Below, in pieces: positions 26,701-38,536 of a stretch of DNA of 64,000 bases (the first letter of the stretch is position 1; each line of letters starts with the position of its first letter). Under the pieces are notes generated by a model. That model saw nothing but the letters and a program-made list of their open reading frames with translations. It had not been told where the DNA came from and searched no databases. The stretch spans positions 4,237,648 to 4,301,647 of the forward strand of contig MU058718.1 of NCBI GenBank assembly GCA_013265495.1. The letters run 5' to 3'. Source of the stretch: Vicugna vicugna (taxonomy: Eukaryota). A program made the translations under genes and the position numbers.

Positions 26701-27382
26701 GGAAGAACTTGGCCACAGGCAGCAGGAGAAATAACATCTTCATACTGTCAGTTTCAACTTTGCCTTTTTTTTTTTCTTTTTCTTTTTCTTTTTTTTTCGC
26801 TGAAGGATCCCAGGAACAACAGAAAAATGTGTCCATCCTTTCAATTTTCTTATTGCACAAATAAACTAAATAGCAGGAGCAGTCTCTGTTACAATATTTT
26901 CAAATGGTTGGCATCAGGAGCAAAGGTTTCCAGCCTGTGGAATTTAACAAACCATTAAAAATTCCACAATTTGGGAGAAGCCTAGCATAGGATTGCTCGT
27001 TTATTTTGCCAAGTACAGAGGTTTGGTTTTTTTTTAATAAAAAAAAGCTTGACTCTCACCACCATAAATGAGTGGGCACCTTAATACCAAAACAATGTTG
27101 GTCACGACAGTCTCAGATTGAAAAACAGCACTTTAAATTTAATACGCTTAGATCTGTGCAAAATATACAGGTACTCCTCATAGACTGGTGACCGTTTCCT
27201 CACAGGCTGGCGTCAGTCCCCTTGAAAGGGGCTGACAGAGATTAAATCCTAAATTCCCAAACCTGGCTATGCCTAAGAGAGACAGTAAGGCATTTAAAAG
27301 AAAATACAGACTCTGGGTTCCTACCCCATATTTACTGCGTCAGCCTCTCAGCTCTTCAAAAGTAGGGCCCTGGTATGTGTAC

Positions 27383-29320
27383 TTTTTTTTTTTTAGGTTT
27401 TTACTGTGCTAAAAAATATATATATAAAATTTACCATTTAAACCCTTTTTATCTGTACAATTCAGTGGCATTAAGTACATTTACAATGCTATGCCATCAA
27501 CACCATTGTCCATTTCTTGAAACACTTTTATCAACCCAAACAGAAACTCTGTAATGTTTAAAAATACTCTCTATTTCTCCTTCCCCCCAGCTCCTGGTAA
27601 TTTCTACTCTACTTTCTAGGTACTGCGTATAAATGGAATCATAACAATATTTGTCCTTTTGTGTTTGGTTTATTTCACTTAGCATAATGTTTTCAAGGTT
27701 CATTTATGTTGTAACATATATTAGAATTTCATTCCTTTTTATGGCTAATTAACATCCACTATATGTATATGCCACATTTCCTTTATCCATTCATCTGTTG
27801 ATAAGCAGTAGGGTTGTTTCTACCTTTTGGCTATTGAGAATAATGCTGCTACAAACATTGGTGTACAAGTTTCTCTTTCAGTGCCCTCTTTCAGTTATTT
27901 TGGGTATTTACCAAGGAGTGGAGTTGCTGGATCACATGGTCATGCTATGTTTAACTTTGTGAGGAACCATCAAACTGGTTTCCATCACAGCTGCATTTTA
28001 TATTCCTATCAGCAATGCTCGAGAGTTCCAATTTTCTACATCTTTGTCAGCACCTGTTATTTTCTGTTTGTTTTTTCACTTTGGGGTTTTCTTTGGGCCA
28101 GGGGGCAGGTAATAACCATCCTAAGGGGTGTGAAGTGATATCTCTTGTGGTTTTGATTTATATTTTTCTCATGACTAATGATGTTGAGCATCTTTTCATG
28201 TGCTTATTTGCCCATGAAGGGATGTATATCTTCTCTGGAGAAACGTCCGTTCAAATCCTTTGCCCATTTTTAAATTAGGTTTTGGTTTTTGTTGTTGTTG
28301 TTGTTGGATATAGGAGTTTTTAACATACTGAATATTAACCCCTTATGAGACTTGCAAATATTTTTTCCCATTCTGTGGGTTGTCTTTTTACTTTCTTGAG
28401 GGTATCCTTTGATGCACTAAAGTTTTTAATCTTGTTGAAGCCCAGCTTATCTATTTTTTCTTTTCTTGCCTGTGCTTTTGGTGTCATATCCAAGAAATCA
28501 TTACCAAGTCCAATGTTTCTCCTCTGTTTTCTTCTGAGAGTTTTATAGTTTAGCTCTTAAGTTTAGGTCTTTGTTTCTAAACAAAGTTGATTTTTGTATG
28601 TAGTATAAAGACAGTGTCCAAGTTCATTCTTTTGCATGTGAGTATCCAGTTTTCCCAGTCCCTTTTATTGAAAAGATTGTCCTTTCCCTATTGAGTGGTC
28701 TTGGCATCCTTGTCAAAAATCATTTGATCATATATTCAAAGGTTTGTTTCTTAGATCTCTAGTCTATTCCATTGGTCTATATACCTGTCCTTACCCCAGT
28801 ACCACATTGCTTTGATTACTGTGGCTTTGTAGTAAGTTTTGAAATCAGGAAGTGTGAGACCTCCAACTTTGTTGATCTTTGTTCTTCCTTTGAAAGATTA
28901 GTCTGACTGTTCCAGGTCCTTTGAGATACCATATACATTTTAGAATGGGTTTTTCTATTCTGAAGGAAAAAAAAAGATGCTGGGATTTTCATAGATTGCA
29001 CTGAATGTGTAGAGCAGTTTGGGTATTTTCATCTTAACAATATAAAGTCTTCTAGTACATGAACACAGGATGTCTTTCCATTTATTTGTCTTCTTTAACA
29101 TCTTTCAGCAATGTTTTGTAATTTTCAATGTTTGAGTCTTTATCTTCCTTGATTAAAAATTTATTCCTAAGTATTTTATTCTTTTTGACACTCTGGTAAA
29201 TGTAATGACTTCCTTAATCTCCATTTCAGATTTTTCATTGCTAATATATACAAAAGTAACTGATTTTTTGTGTGTTATTTTGTATCCTGCAACTGCTGAA
29301 TTTGTTTATTAGCTCCATTG

Positions 29321-29356
<36 letters not shown>

Positions 29357-30057
29357 CCGAGTGTTTTTATGTATAAAAGATTATGTCATCTGTGAACTGA
29401 GATAATTTAACTCTTTTCTTTCCAATGTAGATGCCTTTTATTTCTTTCTAATACCTAATCACTCTGGCTAGAACTTCCAATATTATGTTGAATAGAAGCC
29501 AGTATCCTTCTTTTGTTCCTGATCTTAAGAGAGAAGCTCTCAGTCTTTCACCATTGACTATGATGTTAGCTGAGGGTTTTTCATATGTGGGCCTTTATAA
29601 TGTTGAAGAAGTTTCTTTCTGTTTCTAGTTTATTGAGTGTTCTTGTCATTGAGTGTTGAATTTTGTCATATGGTTTTCTGCATCAGCTGAGGTAGTCATG
29701 TGGGGTTTTTTTTTCCTTCATTCTATTAATGTGGTATATTACATTGATTGATTTGTATATGTTGAACTATCCTTGCATTCCATGAATAAATTCCATTTGG
29801 TCATGGTACATAATACTTTCAATATGCTGCTGAATTCAATTTGCTAGCATTTTAAAAACTCTGTATTCATAAAGGGCCATGATCTATAGTTCTCATTCCT
29901 TGTAGTATCTTTTTCTGGTTTTGGTATCATGGTAATGCTGGCCTCATAGAATGAGTTGGGAAGTGCTGCCTTCTGTTCAGTTCTGGGGAAGATTTTGAGA
30001 AAGAGTGGCATTAAGTCTTTAAATTTTTGGTAGAATGCACCAGTAAAACCATCTGGT
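27383..30057 (-). mobile_element. old L1 (L1MB-like), about 2.7 kb, inserted in a MER5-like element
   Basis: Antisense 3' UTR and ORF2 remnants (MNLENIMLSEINQTQKDKYC); TSD CCTGG(T/A)ATGTGTA at about 27369 and 30058; MER5-like halves on both flanks. Confidence 0.9.
29323..29354. repeat. (TG)n microsatellite
   Basis: Direct reading. Confidence 0.9.
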
Positions 30058-30223
30058 CCTGGAATGTGTATTTCTAAGCCAACTTCTCCCCCTTCCCTTC
30101 TCCCATGATTCTAATATATGTTTGGGTTGGAGACTAACTACCCCAAATACCTGATCTGAACACTCTTGGATTTAACTCTTGATTAACTAGCCACATTTAG
30201 TTTTTAAGAAAAGAAAAAAAGGT

Positions 30224-30354
30224 AGCTCTCTCTCTTGCCTTCCAAGATGGCCTGCACTCTGTCTATGGAGTGTGTGCCTACTTTTACTTTAACCTTTATT
30301 GTAATCACCACCCCCCCACCATGTACATCTCTCTTAAATAAACCTACTTTTACT
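30224..30354 (+). mobile_element. ERV1-type LTR fragment (R-like region ending just after the polyA signal)
   Basis: CTCTGTCTATGGAGTGTGT...TCTCTCTTAAATAAACCTACTTTTACT resembles artiodactyl ERV1 LTR polyA regions (recalled, not searched). Confidence 0.55.
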
Positions 30355-30478
30355 AAGAGAGAAAGGAAGAGAGGGAGGGAGGGAGGAAAGAAGGGAGGAA
30401 GGGAGGAAGGAAGGAAGGAAGGAAGGAAGGAAGGAAGGAAGGAAGGAAGGAAGGAAGGAAGGAAGAAACAGAGAGAGT
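30355..30478. repeat. purine-rich (GGAA)n microsatellite
   Basis: Direct reading. Confidence 0.95.
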
Positions 30479-33400
30479 GAAAAGGCTTTGGGTAAGAAAT
30501 GTATCCAGGCTACCCAGCTCAGGAAGTGCCCACAGGAGAGAAACAGAAGGACCCAGGGGTAAGCGAGCCTCTGAAAACAAGGATGTTGTCAACCTCCAGA
30601 GGAACGGAATGCCCTGGTTTACAGCTCGTACCCTTCATCTGGCTGCAGCTGCTTCCATCCAGATAGCTTCTCCCCATAGTTGTACCTGGCCTATAGCCAC
30701 TAGAGTTCTGGGCAAGAAATTACTCTGAGAGAGGGTGAGGGAGGAGGTGTTATATATAAAACACAACTCACAGGAGTCAGATGGCCAGGGATCAGGTCCT
30801 TCTCTGAGCTCTAACGCGCCAAGAGGATGGTGCTCACGTAGCAGGAAAGAGGAAGCTTATTGGCACAAACTGATTAATGTGAAGCTGTTCTCACTAAAGT
30901 ATTTTCTTAGTCTACTTGTGCATAAAGATCGTGGAGTTTGGGAAAGCGTCATAAAAGTTGTCATCAGACAGAAAAGCGATTTTCTGCAGGTCCTTTTGCC
31001 TTTTAACCTCAGTCTCTATCTCTCTTCTCCCCACCCACTTCTTTCCTCAGGCGCTAGTCTACGTTTCCAGTAAAAACTTGCTTGACCACTTGTATAGAAA
31101 GAGTAATTAATATTTGAATACTCAACTGACTGGTTCTCCTCGGGAGCAAGTAGCCAAGTAAACATCCAAGAGAGAACTAGGGAAGGAACAAAATGGCGCC
31201 AAGCCCAAAAGAAAAGTGTCTCAATCATCCTGCAACACCCTGGACGTGCCCACACAACAGCATCCTCTCTCCAGGTGAGTCACTGCCTCCCACACCCAGG
31301 AGGGTGTAGAAACCCAAATAAAATAGTGAGAAACAGGTGAAAGAGTCCCCTGCTATCAGCTTGATAAGATGCTCAACCCTGCTTCAAGATGGAAGACAGA
31401 CGGAGGGTTTTCAGGAACACCAGGTTTTATATAATCCCACTAAAACCAGGGTTTCACAATAAGGCTTGAAAATGTGTAGCCCCACAGACATTTCCATCTA
31501 TAAACAAAAGTGCATGGAAGCTGTGAACAGAGTTTTTGTTTTATTTCAAGGGGAGGGGAATTTCCATAGAGCTCTAGACCTTGAATCGATGCTAAAAGAC
31601 AGTTTGGGAGATCTGAGCTTCCTCTTCAAAATCCAAGATGTAGACAAACACCTAAACTATTCCTCTTTCTACTTTTTTCTCCCCTTACACCTCATACCCT
31701 TGAAATGGAGAAAAGAAAGTGATAATAGCATCCCAGCAATTCAGAACTGACTCAAGAGACCAAAGGCCTAAAAGAGATGGTAACATTAACGAGAAAGTCT
31801 GTGATTAAAAGACCCAAATTTAAGACCTAATGCTCAGTCTAAACCATTATTACATCAGAACCATTATTTCTCAAGATTGCAAAGGACTAATGAAGAATCT
31901 CCTGGGCCTGCAGAGGTGTGAACTTACCAACAAGGCTGTAGCAGCCCAAGCTCTGATCTTGATGAACACAGTGGTTCCTCTGTCTCATTATATAGCTAGA
32001 AAGTGTCCCCAGTAAACTTGCACTAGATCATTTCATCACTAGTGATGGTTCCTGTCCATAAACACTTATTAGGCATCCACTTGGCCAGCAGTAACCTGAC
32101 CAGACCTCTTTCAACTTCCCTGAATCATTCCTTGGCGAACAGATCCAAAAGCCTTGTTTCATCACTGTTCTGGAATTATATACTCTTTGCAATTTCTATA
32201 TAGATATGCGTTACTTTTGACACAAGCTTTCATTGTCAGTAGGCTCTAAAATAAAGGCTTATAATTAGCTCTCTAGGGAGGCAAATGTGTGGTAGAGCAG
32301 AGCTCAGCAGGAGAGACATCAAGGCAGGTATTGAAGAAACATGGCATGGAAGACACGTAATACAAAGGTTGATTGAAGTGTGAGCAATACCACTAAAGTA
32401 GGGGAAGGAAACAGAGTCCCATCACTGCAGACTTTTCTAGTTATTATTTCCACACATATTAGCGCATGGTTCTGAAGGTGTGCTTGCACTTTATCTAACC
32501 CCCTCCAATCTTGGAAACCTGTAAGTGGGCTGGAATGTAAGACACATGATCCTGGACAGATGACAGCTCCATGAGGGCACGTTATGTCTAATCACACTTG
32601 TGTCTCCTGCCCTGGGGCCCCATAATGGGCTCTCAGTGTTTCTTGAATCATATCCTTGCAGACCTCCCCCATTTATTACTTTCTTAGCCTTTTGACATCT
32701 AAATCTAAGACTAGAAATGAACTTTAAATCCTCGTGTCTCTAAATTTCAAGCATCCTGCTGTAGTACATAGAACAAGCCTTGAAGTAGAAGGAGTAAAAA
32801 GGATGCTTGTCAACTTCTTCTGTGTCTAGTCTAAGCTTGGCTTACCTCAGATAAAGTGCTGGCTGCCTTATGTCCAAAATATTGCTGCCTTCCCTAAGAA
32901 CTCAGAGATGACACTGGGCCACCACTGTCCACCCTTTGCAACCCTTTTCCTCACTTTGTACAAACTCTCCTGCTGCTCTCCTTCATGTATTTGGAGACTG
33001 CCTCTCGCTGGTTTCACTCAGATGACCTACTAAACTAACTTCTTTGCTCAGGTTATTAAAATAGAAGGTGCAGTGGACTTGAGTCTTGGTTAAGCTTTAA
33101 GTTCATTGTCATCCATAACAGCCTACACTGGTCTAAGTGATGAATACAGCTGTGCCCCCGGAGTAGCTCAGGGCTGTGCCGAGAAAATAATATGCTCCCC
33201 AGGAGTGTGTCTTCTTCCCCCTAAATACATGAGGTTGTGTTTACACCAGAGGTAGAACAGGGTTTTCGAGATACAGACCTGATGGAGAAGATGACGTTAA
33301 GTAAAACAACCTTTAGAGCAAACTAGCAATTCTGTCCAGTACTCCTTAGACCTTGTCTCCTCGCAAAATTAGGCAGATTTTAATAGGTGCAGAGTTTTGG

Positions 33401-34739
33401 TAATTACCCAGTGTTCCTTACTGAACCGTGTAACATGATTTCCGAGTTCTCCTGAGTACAGTATTGTATTTGCTGCAGAACCCCAGAGCATAAGGGAGCA
33501 TCCTTATGACTCCCACATTTCAAACAGGTGACCAACCATTTGCCTGGCTCCACTCTGTAAAGGCTCTTTTGTAAAATCAGTAAATAAACTAGAAAGTGTA
33601 GCATTCTATATTTACTCTGGTGAAGTACAGAATACGCCATTCCATACGATGTAGTGGACTACGGAGTGCTGGGAACTACAGAATACTCACAGATAAAATT
33701 CAAAAGCTGCTGGAACCTGCTGGGAGGATATTAACATCCAGAAAAACAAATCAAAATGATTTGTATTTTTTCAATCCAGCCCGCGGTAGACAAGCAAAAA
33801 ACCTGTAGGACCCTTTGCCAACGCTTGGCAGGGGGAGCCTTCCAGAAGCCACCTGCTGTGAGTGTTCTGTGGTGCCATGAATTTCCTTTATTTCGCCTTC
33901 AAGACTCCCACTCAAAGGAGAGCTCTCAAAGAGCTCTTTTATATGATGAAGAAATTGCTACATTTATCTTTGATCCCACTTCCCCCCTGCCTCCCCCGAA
34001 AAAAGCCACATTTCTAAGTTCAGAAAATACTCGTCTCTGCCTGTCATTCCCAGAAGGAGTGCTGCAGAAAGTATAACCAGCCAGGCGTGGCATCACTACG
34101 CTGAGAGGGGTCCACCCACGGGTGAAGCGGATTTCCCAGCAGGGCGGAGTGGGTAATGAGCAGGGCTCCAGTTTGTAGGGAAGCCGAACCACAGAACTGC
34201 TACATTGCAACCACGTCCATGGACATTCTACCTTCTCTTTGCTATGCTCGCCCATTAGCTTACAAAACTAAAATGTCTCAGTGTTCTTCCCAAAGGCCAT
34301 ATATTTCTGGAAAATTGCAAAAAGGTTCCACAGAAAAGAAAACACCCATCAAAGAAAACAGTTTATTTGTGTAGTGTTTTGGTTATTAGTTATTCACTCA
34401 TCAGCTTTCTAGGAGAGAGGTTATTCAGTTATTTTTATAAAATGAAAGTGCCATATATAAGCGGGAAATTGCAATAAAGAAAGCAAAACTACAAATTGTG
34501 ATAAAAGGAGCTAGTAGTGATGGTAAATTTCAGCTCACTAGAAAAATCTCTTTTGACTCCCTTTCAGCCAACCTTTAGCAAGCATCCTATGTGCCCAAGA
34601 AACACCATGCTAGATGCGTTAGGAATACAAGAAGGCAGTATAAGAAATGACCCATGCCCTCAGGGCATTTTTAGTTTAATTGGAAAGAGCAGCAATAAGG
34701 AGATATAGGTATAAAAATCAACAGTTTTAGGACATGACT

Positions 34740-35378
34740 TGTGCAATGGTCAAGAGCACAGACCTGGAGCCAGACTGCCTCAGTCTGAATCCCAGCTCTA
34801 CCACTCAAGGCCAGGGTTAGAGTGAGGCACTCACCTCGAGCACAAAATTTCAAAAGGGTGCCAAAACTGTGATAATCAAGATAAATAACCTTTTAGTGTG
34901 ATATTTTAAAAAATCAAAATTAATGCAAAAAAATTCGTGATGCACAAAATAGCAAAAGTTTAAATACAGATAGGCTCCAACAATCCTGTGTCAAGTCACA
35001 CTGGAGCCTGAGGCAAAAGAAAAAACTGCGGGTCCCCATAACCCATGTTCTGGGGTATTTTTTAACTTTTTTTTTCCCCAGACATTGATGTAGTTGAGAA
35101 AATACTGAAAATTAAGAAGTAAGTGTATTAAAAATCTCATTATTTTAAGTTTAGATATTTTATTTTTACCCAAAATAGAATTTATTATAATTTTGCTTTC
35201 CTGGCTTTCAAGGAAGCAGACTCATCACTTCCTAGCTTTGCAAACCTGGGTGAGTTTCTTGACCTCTCTGGGTCTTAGTTTCCTCTTCTGTAAAAAGGTA
35301 GGGGAAACAGTGTCACTTCACAGGGTTGTGAGGATTAAATGAGTATTATGTGTTAAGCACTTAAAACAGTGCCCTGCC
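34740..35378 (+). mobile_element. MIR split by a DNA transposon
   Basis: MIR head (GGAGCCAGACTGCCTCAGTCTGAATCCCAGCTCTACCACT) to 34806; MIR core resumes at about 35225 (TCAGTTTCCTC-like, GTGAGGATTAAATGAG). Confidence 0.75.
34807..35205. mobile_element. hAT-like MITE (MER96B-like)
   Basis: AGGCCAGGGTTAGAGTGAGGCACTCACCTC...CAAAATTT...TAATCAAGATAAATAA...AAAATCAAAATTAATGCAAAAA. Confidence 0.6.
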
Positions 35379-36261
35379 CAATTTCTCTTCAAGGTAAGCC
35401 TTTGTTATTGCTGTATCTTTATTATATAGACAGGGGAGGTTTTAGGAGATCAGAGACAAGAGATCAACTTCAGCCTAGATGATTCGTCACTCATTATCTG
35501 GTATGTCCCACGGGAACGTATGCTCCAGGCGGCTAGGACTCGACTGTTTGCTCACTGCCTTGTACTCTGGTCTACAGTAGGTCAAGTCCCATAACAGGCA
35601 CTTGATACGTATTATTTTATTGGATGAATGATAATCAGAAAGTGCTTCACAGAGAAGATGGGATTTGAGTTGGTTGGCTTTGATTAATTAACAGGAATAA
35701 AACTGCAGATAAGGGAAGGTACAATGACTTTAAGTGTGCTGAGTTGGAGTTACTAGCAATATACCCAATTGGAGATATCCATCAATCATAAGGAAATGTG
35801 ACGTTAGCACCTGAAAGAAAGAACCAAAATGTAAATTTGGGCGTAACTCACATGGTTGTGATAGGAGCCTTCTCTAGAGGAGCGAGTGTGTACAGAGAAC
35901 AGCAAAGGGCAGAGGACCAAGACGCAGAGACAATGACTGGATGAGCCTGAAGAGGAGCTGGGGAAGACGCCTGAGAATTCGGGATGACTCTCAAGAAGTA
36001 GGAGCCTCCAAATCATGTAACATCTCCCTGACTCCTAAGACATCTCTGAAATAAGTGAAAATGATCTTGATTAAGAGGGACCTAGATCTTTAAGGTGCGC
36101 ATTCAAAAATATTTTGTTTCTTCTCAAGCCTGATGAAAGTTCAAATGAAATGTTTAACAGTTTGTAATCTGTATTAACGTCGTACATTTACTTCTAACTG
36201 AATTCCAGAAAACGCACTTACAAGCCACCTACTAGCTCATGGGGATAAGCTGGCATGATAT

Positions 36262-36700
36262 ACACTGCTGGTGGCCTGTCTAAATCGATCCCTTCCTCTC
36301 TTGGGAAAGCCCAGATTTGGCCCCCATGGCCATGTGCCATGGGAAGGGCACCACGGGTCAAGAAGAAATCTGCTGGGGTCCGGGCATAGTTCTGAGGAAA
36401 TTCTCTATTAAGGGATGACATGCAAGAAGTAACCATTCCTTTCCTCTGACTCTGGAAATCCTGCTGGGTTTTGGAGCTTGGAAGTGCTTCAGCGGTCTTG
36501 GGACCATTAAGGAGGAGCCAATGCATAGAGGGTGGCAGAGGACAGATGCTGGAACCTGGATCTTCCATGATGTCAAGGAGCCATTGGATTAACCAATTTT
36601 AGAAGTGATCCACCTCTGGCTTTTTAGAGAGAACAATAAATCCCCCTATTGTTTAAGCCCATTTGAATCAGAGTTTCTGTGACTCAAAGTCAATCCTGGT
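36262..36700 (+). mobile_element. MLT1-type MaLR LTR
   Basis: GGATGGCAGAG-like...GGAACCTGGATCTTCCATGA...AATAAATCCCCTATTGTTTAAGCC. Confidence 0.65.
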
Positions 36701-38359
36701 TATGGCTTCATGAAGACCTGACCTTCCCTCTTCTAGTGATTCATCAGTTTTACCAGAATCCAGCCTTTATGTGTATGGAATGAATTAGACCTGTAAATTC
36801 CCAAAACGTGGGCTCTTTGCTTGTTGGAATCAGCATCTATAAAGAATCAACCATTTTAGCTTTTACTTGCTTTGGAGGTATTAGTAGGTTATTAGGCTCA
36901 GATGCCAGCAGAGAGACCTCACCTACGTGTCTTGCTACCCAAGACTGGGGCGTCTGTAATAAGTGGGCTCTGTTCAAAGAAGCAGCTGGACTATGGGGAC
37001 CAGTAAGAAGCTGGATTGTGGATTATATGCTATTTCATTTGCAACCCAAATATTTGTTTCCAGCTGGAGTAGAAGTCTCATATTAATTAGCACTAGAATT
37101 GCTGACTTGGTTTACAGAATGTAGGCAAGAAACACTCCTCATTCCTGACGCTGAAAAGTTAAAGTGGGAAAGGAGAGAGTGGCATTATTCATACCAGGAT
37201 AGCTTAGAGATGAGGTTGCATCACTTATGAAACTTTAAGGAATCACAGAAGACAGTGACACCAAATACAAAGCCAATTAACCCTTCTATTTGGCAGCTGA
37301 TAGCCTTTCAGCACTTCTGTTTTCTTCTTCCCCTCATTAATTTTAAATGCTATTGACAAGACTTTTTTGAACCTATTCATTTGTCTTCATTCCTCTCCCA
37401 GCCCATGGAGTGACCCCTCTCCCTTGTCCCATTTGAACCGAGAACAGGTTCTGTGCTTCCTGTTCTCAAAGGATGCTTGTGGCAGAGCATAGAGCACAGG
37501 TTGCCTGCAATATATTTTCCTTCTTGACTTTCGTTTTGGAAACCTTAAGTCATAGATTCATTTGTAGTGTGTATGAATAGCAGGGGGTGGGGGGTGGGGT
37601 GGGGGTACCTGTAAGGGAAACGTGAAGAAAGAGGAATGCTCATCAAACTAAAAGATTCCAGGAGACAGGAGGTAAGAACAGAGGTCTATGGGTGCATCAG
37701 GGACCAGAGCCATCTCCACTGACAGTGCCCCAAGGAGGTGACCAAATCTTCAAAGGCTTAGATACATCTAAGGAGACAGAACTCCTGGCAGCAGCCTTGC
37801 CAAAGATCCCCATGCTTCATGTCCTTCAGAGGGTAAAACAGAACCAGCAGGTTTGAAGGGACTGTGCTGGCCTGGACAGTGGGTGTCTCAGAGGTCACCA
37901 ATTTGGTCCAAGGACTGAAGACCAGAGGGCCTTCCCCTATATCTTATGCTATGAGACCCTGGGCTTCCAAACAATCCTTGGGGTGAAGGGGCTGTGGGGG
38001 CAGTCAGGTATGCCTGTGCAAACAGTTCCTTCTTGCTATGTAGGAAAAGGTAAGGTTGAAATCAAGTTGATTTAATTACACGAAAAAACTCAGTATTCCT
38101 TCTACCTGGGTCTGTGGCCTGGGATTCATACCTGCAAATACTGACCAAATGAGACCCATGCTCAGTGGGATTCCTCTCTACATTAAGTCAGTTGTGTCCA
38201 CTTTTAGGAACAGGCCAGAAAACCTGGAGTCTAGATTCGTCTTAACATCTCTAAGGACAGCTGCTCTCATGCGGAAGGGCACACCATACTTGCTGTCAGA
38301 CCATTCTAAATAGAGACCAACTAGCAGCACTGGAAACATCTCTTTATATTTGAAAATGG

Positions 38360-38536
38360 TGGGTAGGGGGTATGCTCAGTGATAGAGCACATGCTTAGCA
38401 AGCACAAGGTCCTGGGTTCAATCCCCAGTGTCTCTGTTAAAAAGATAAATTATAAATAAATACAGAAATAAACCCAATTGTCTCCCTCCCCACAAATAAA
38501 ACTTAAAAGATTGCTGTTTTTAAAAAAAAAAAAAAA
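38360..38536 (+). mobile_element. Vic-1-type tRNA-Ala SINE
   Basis: GCTCAGTGATAGAGCACATGCTTAGCAAGCACAAGGTCCTGGGTTCAATCCCCAG...AATAAACCCAATTGTCTCCC plus A-tail. Confidence 0.9.

Noticed and set aside
30235..30592. ORFs with EGRK or FLPS repeats
   Set aside because: These are translations of the (GGAA)n microsatellite.
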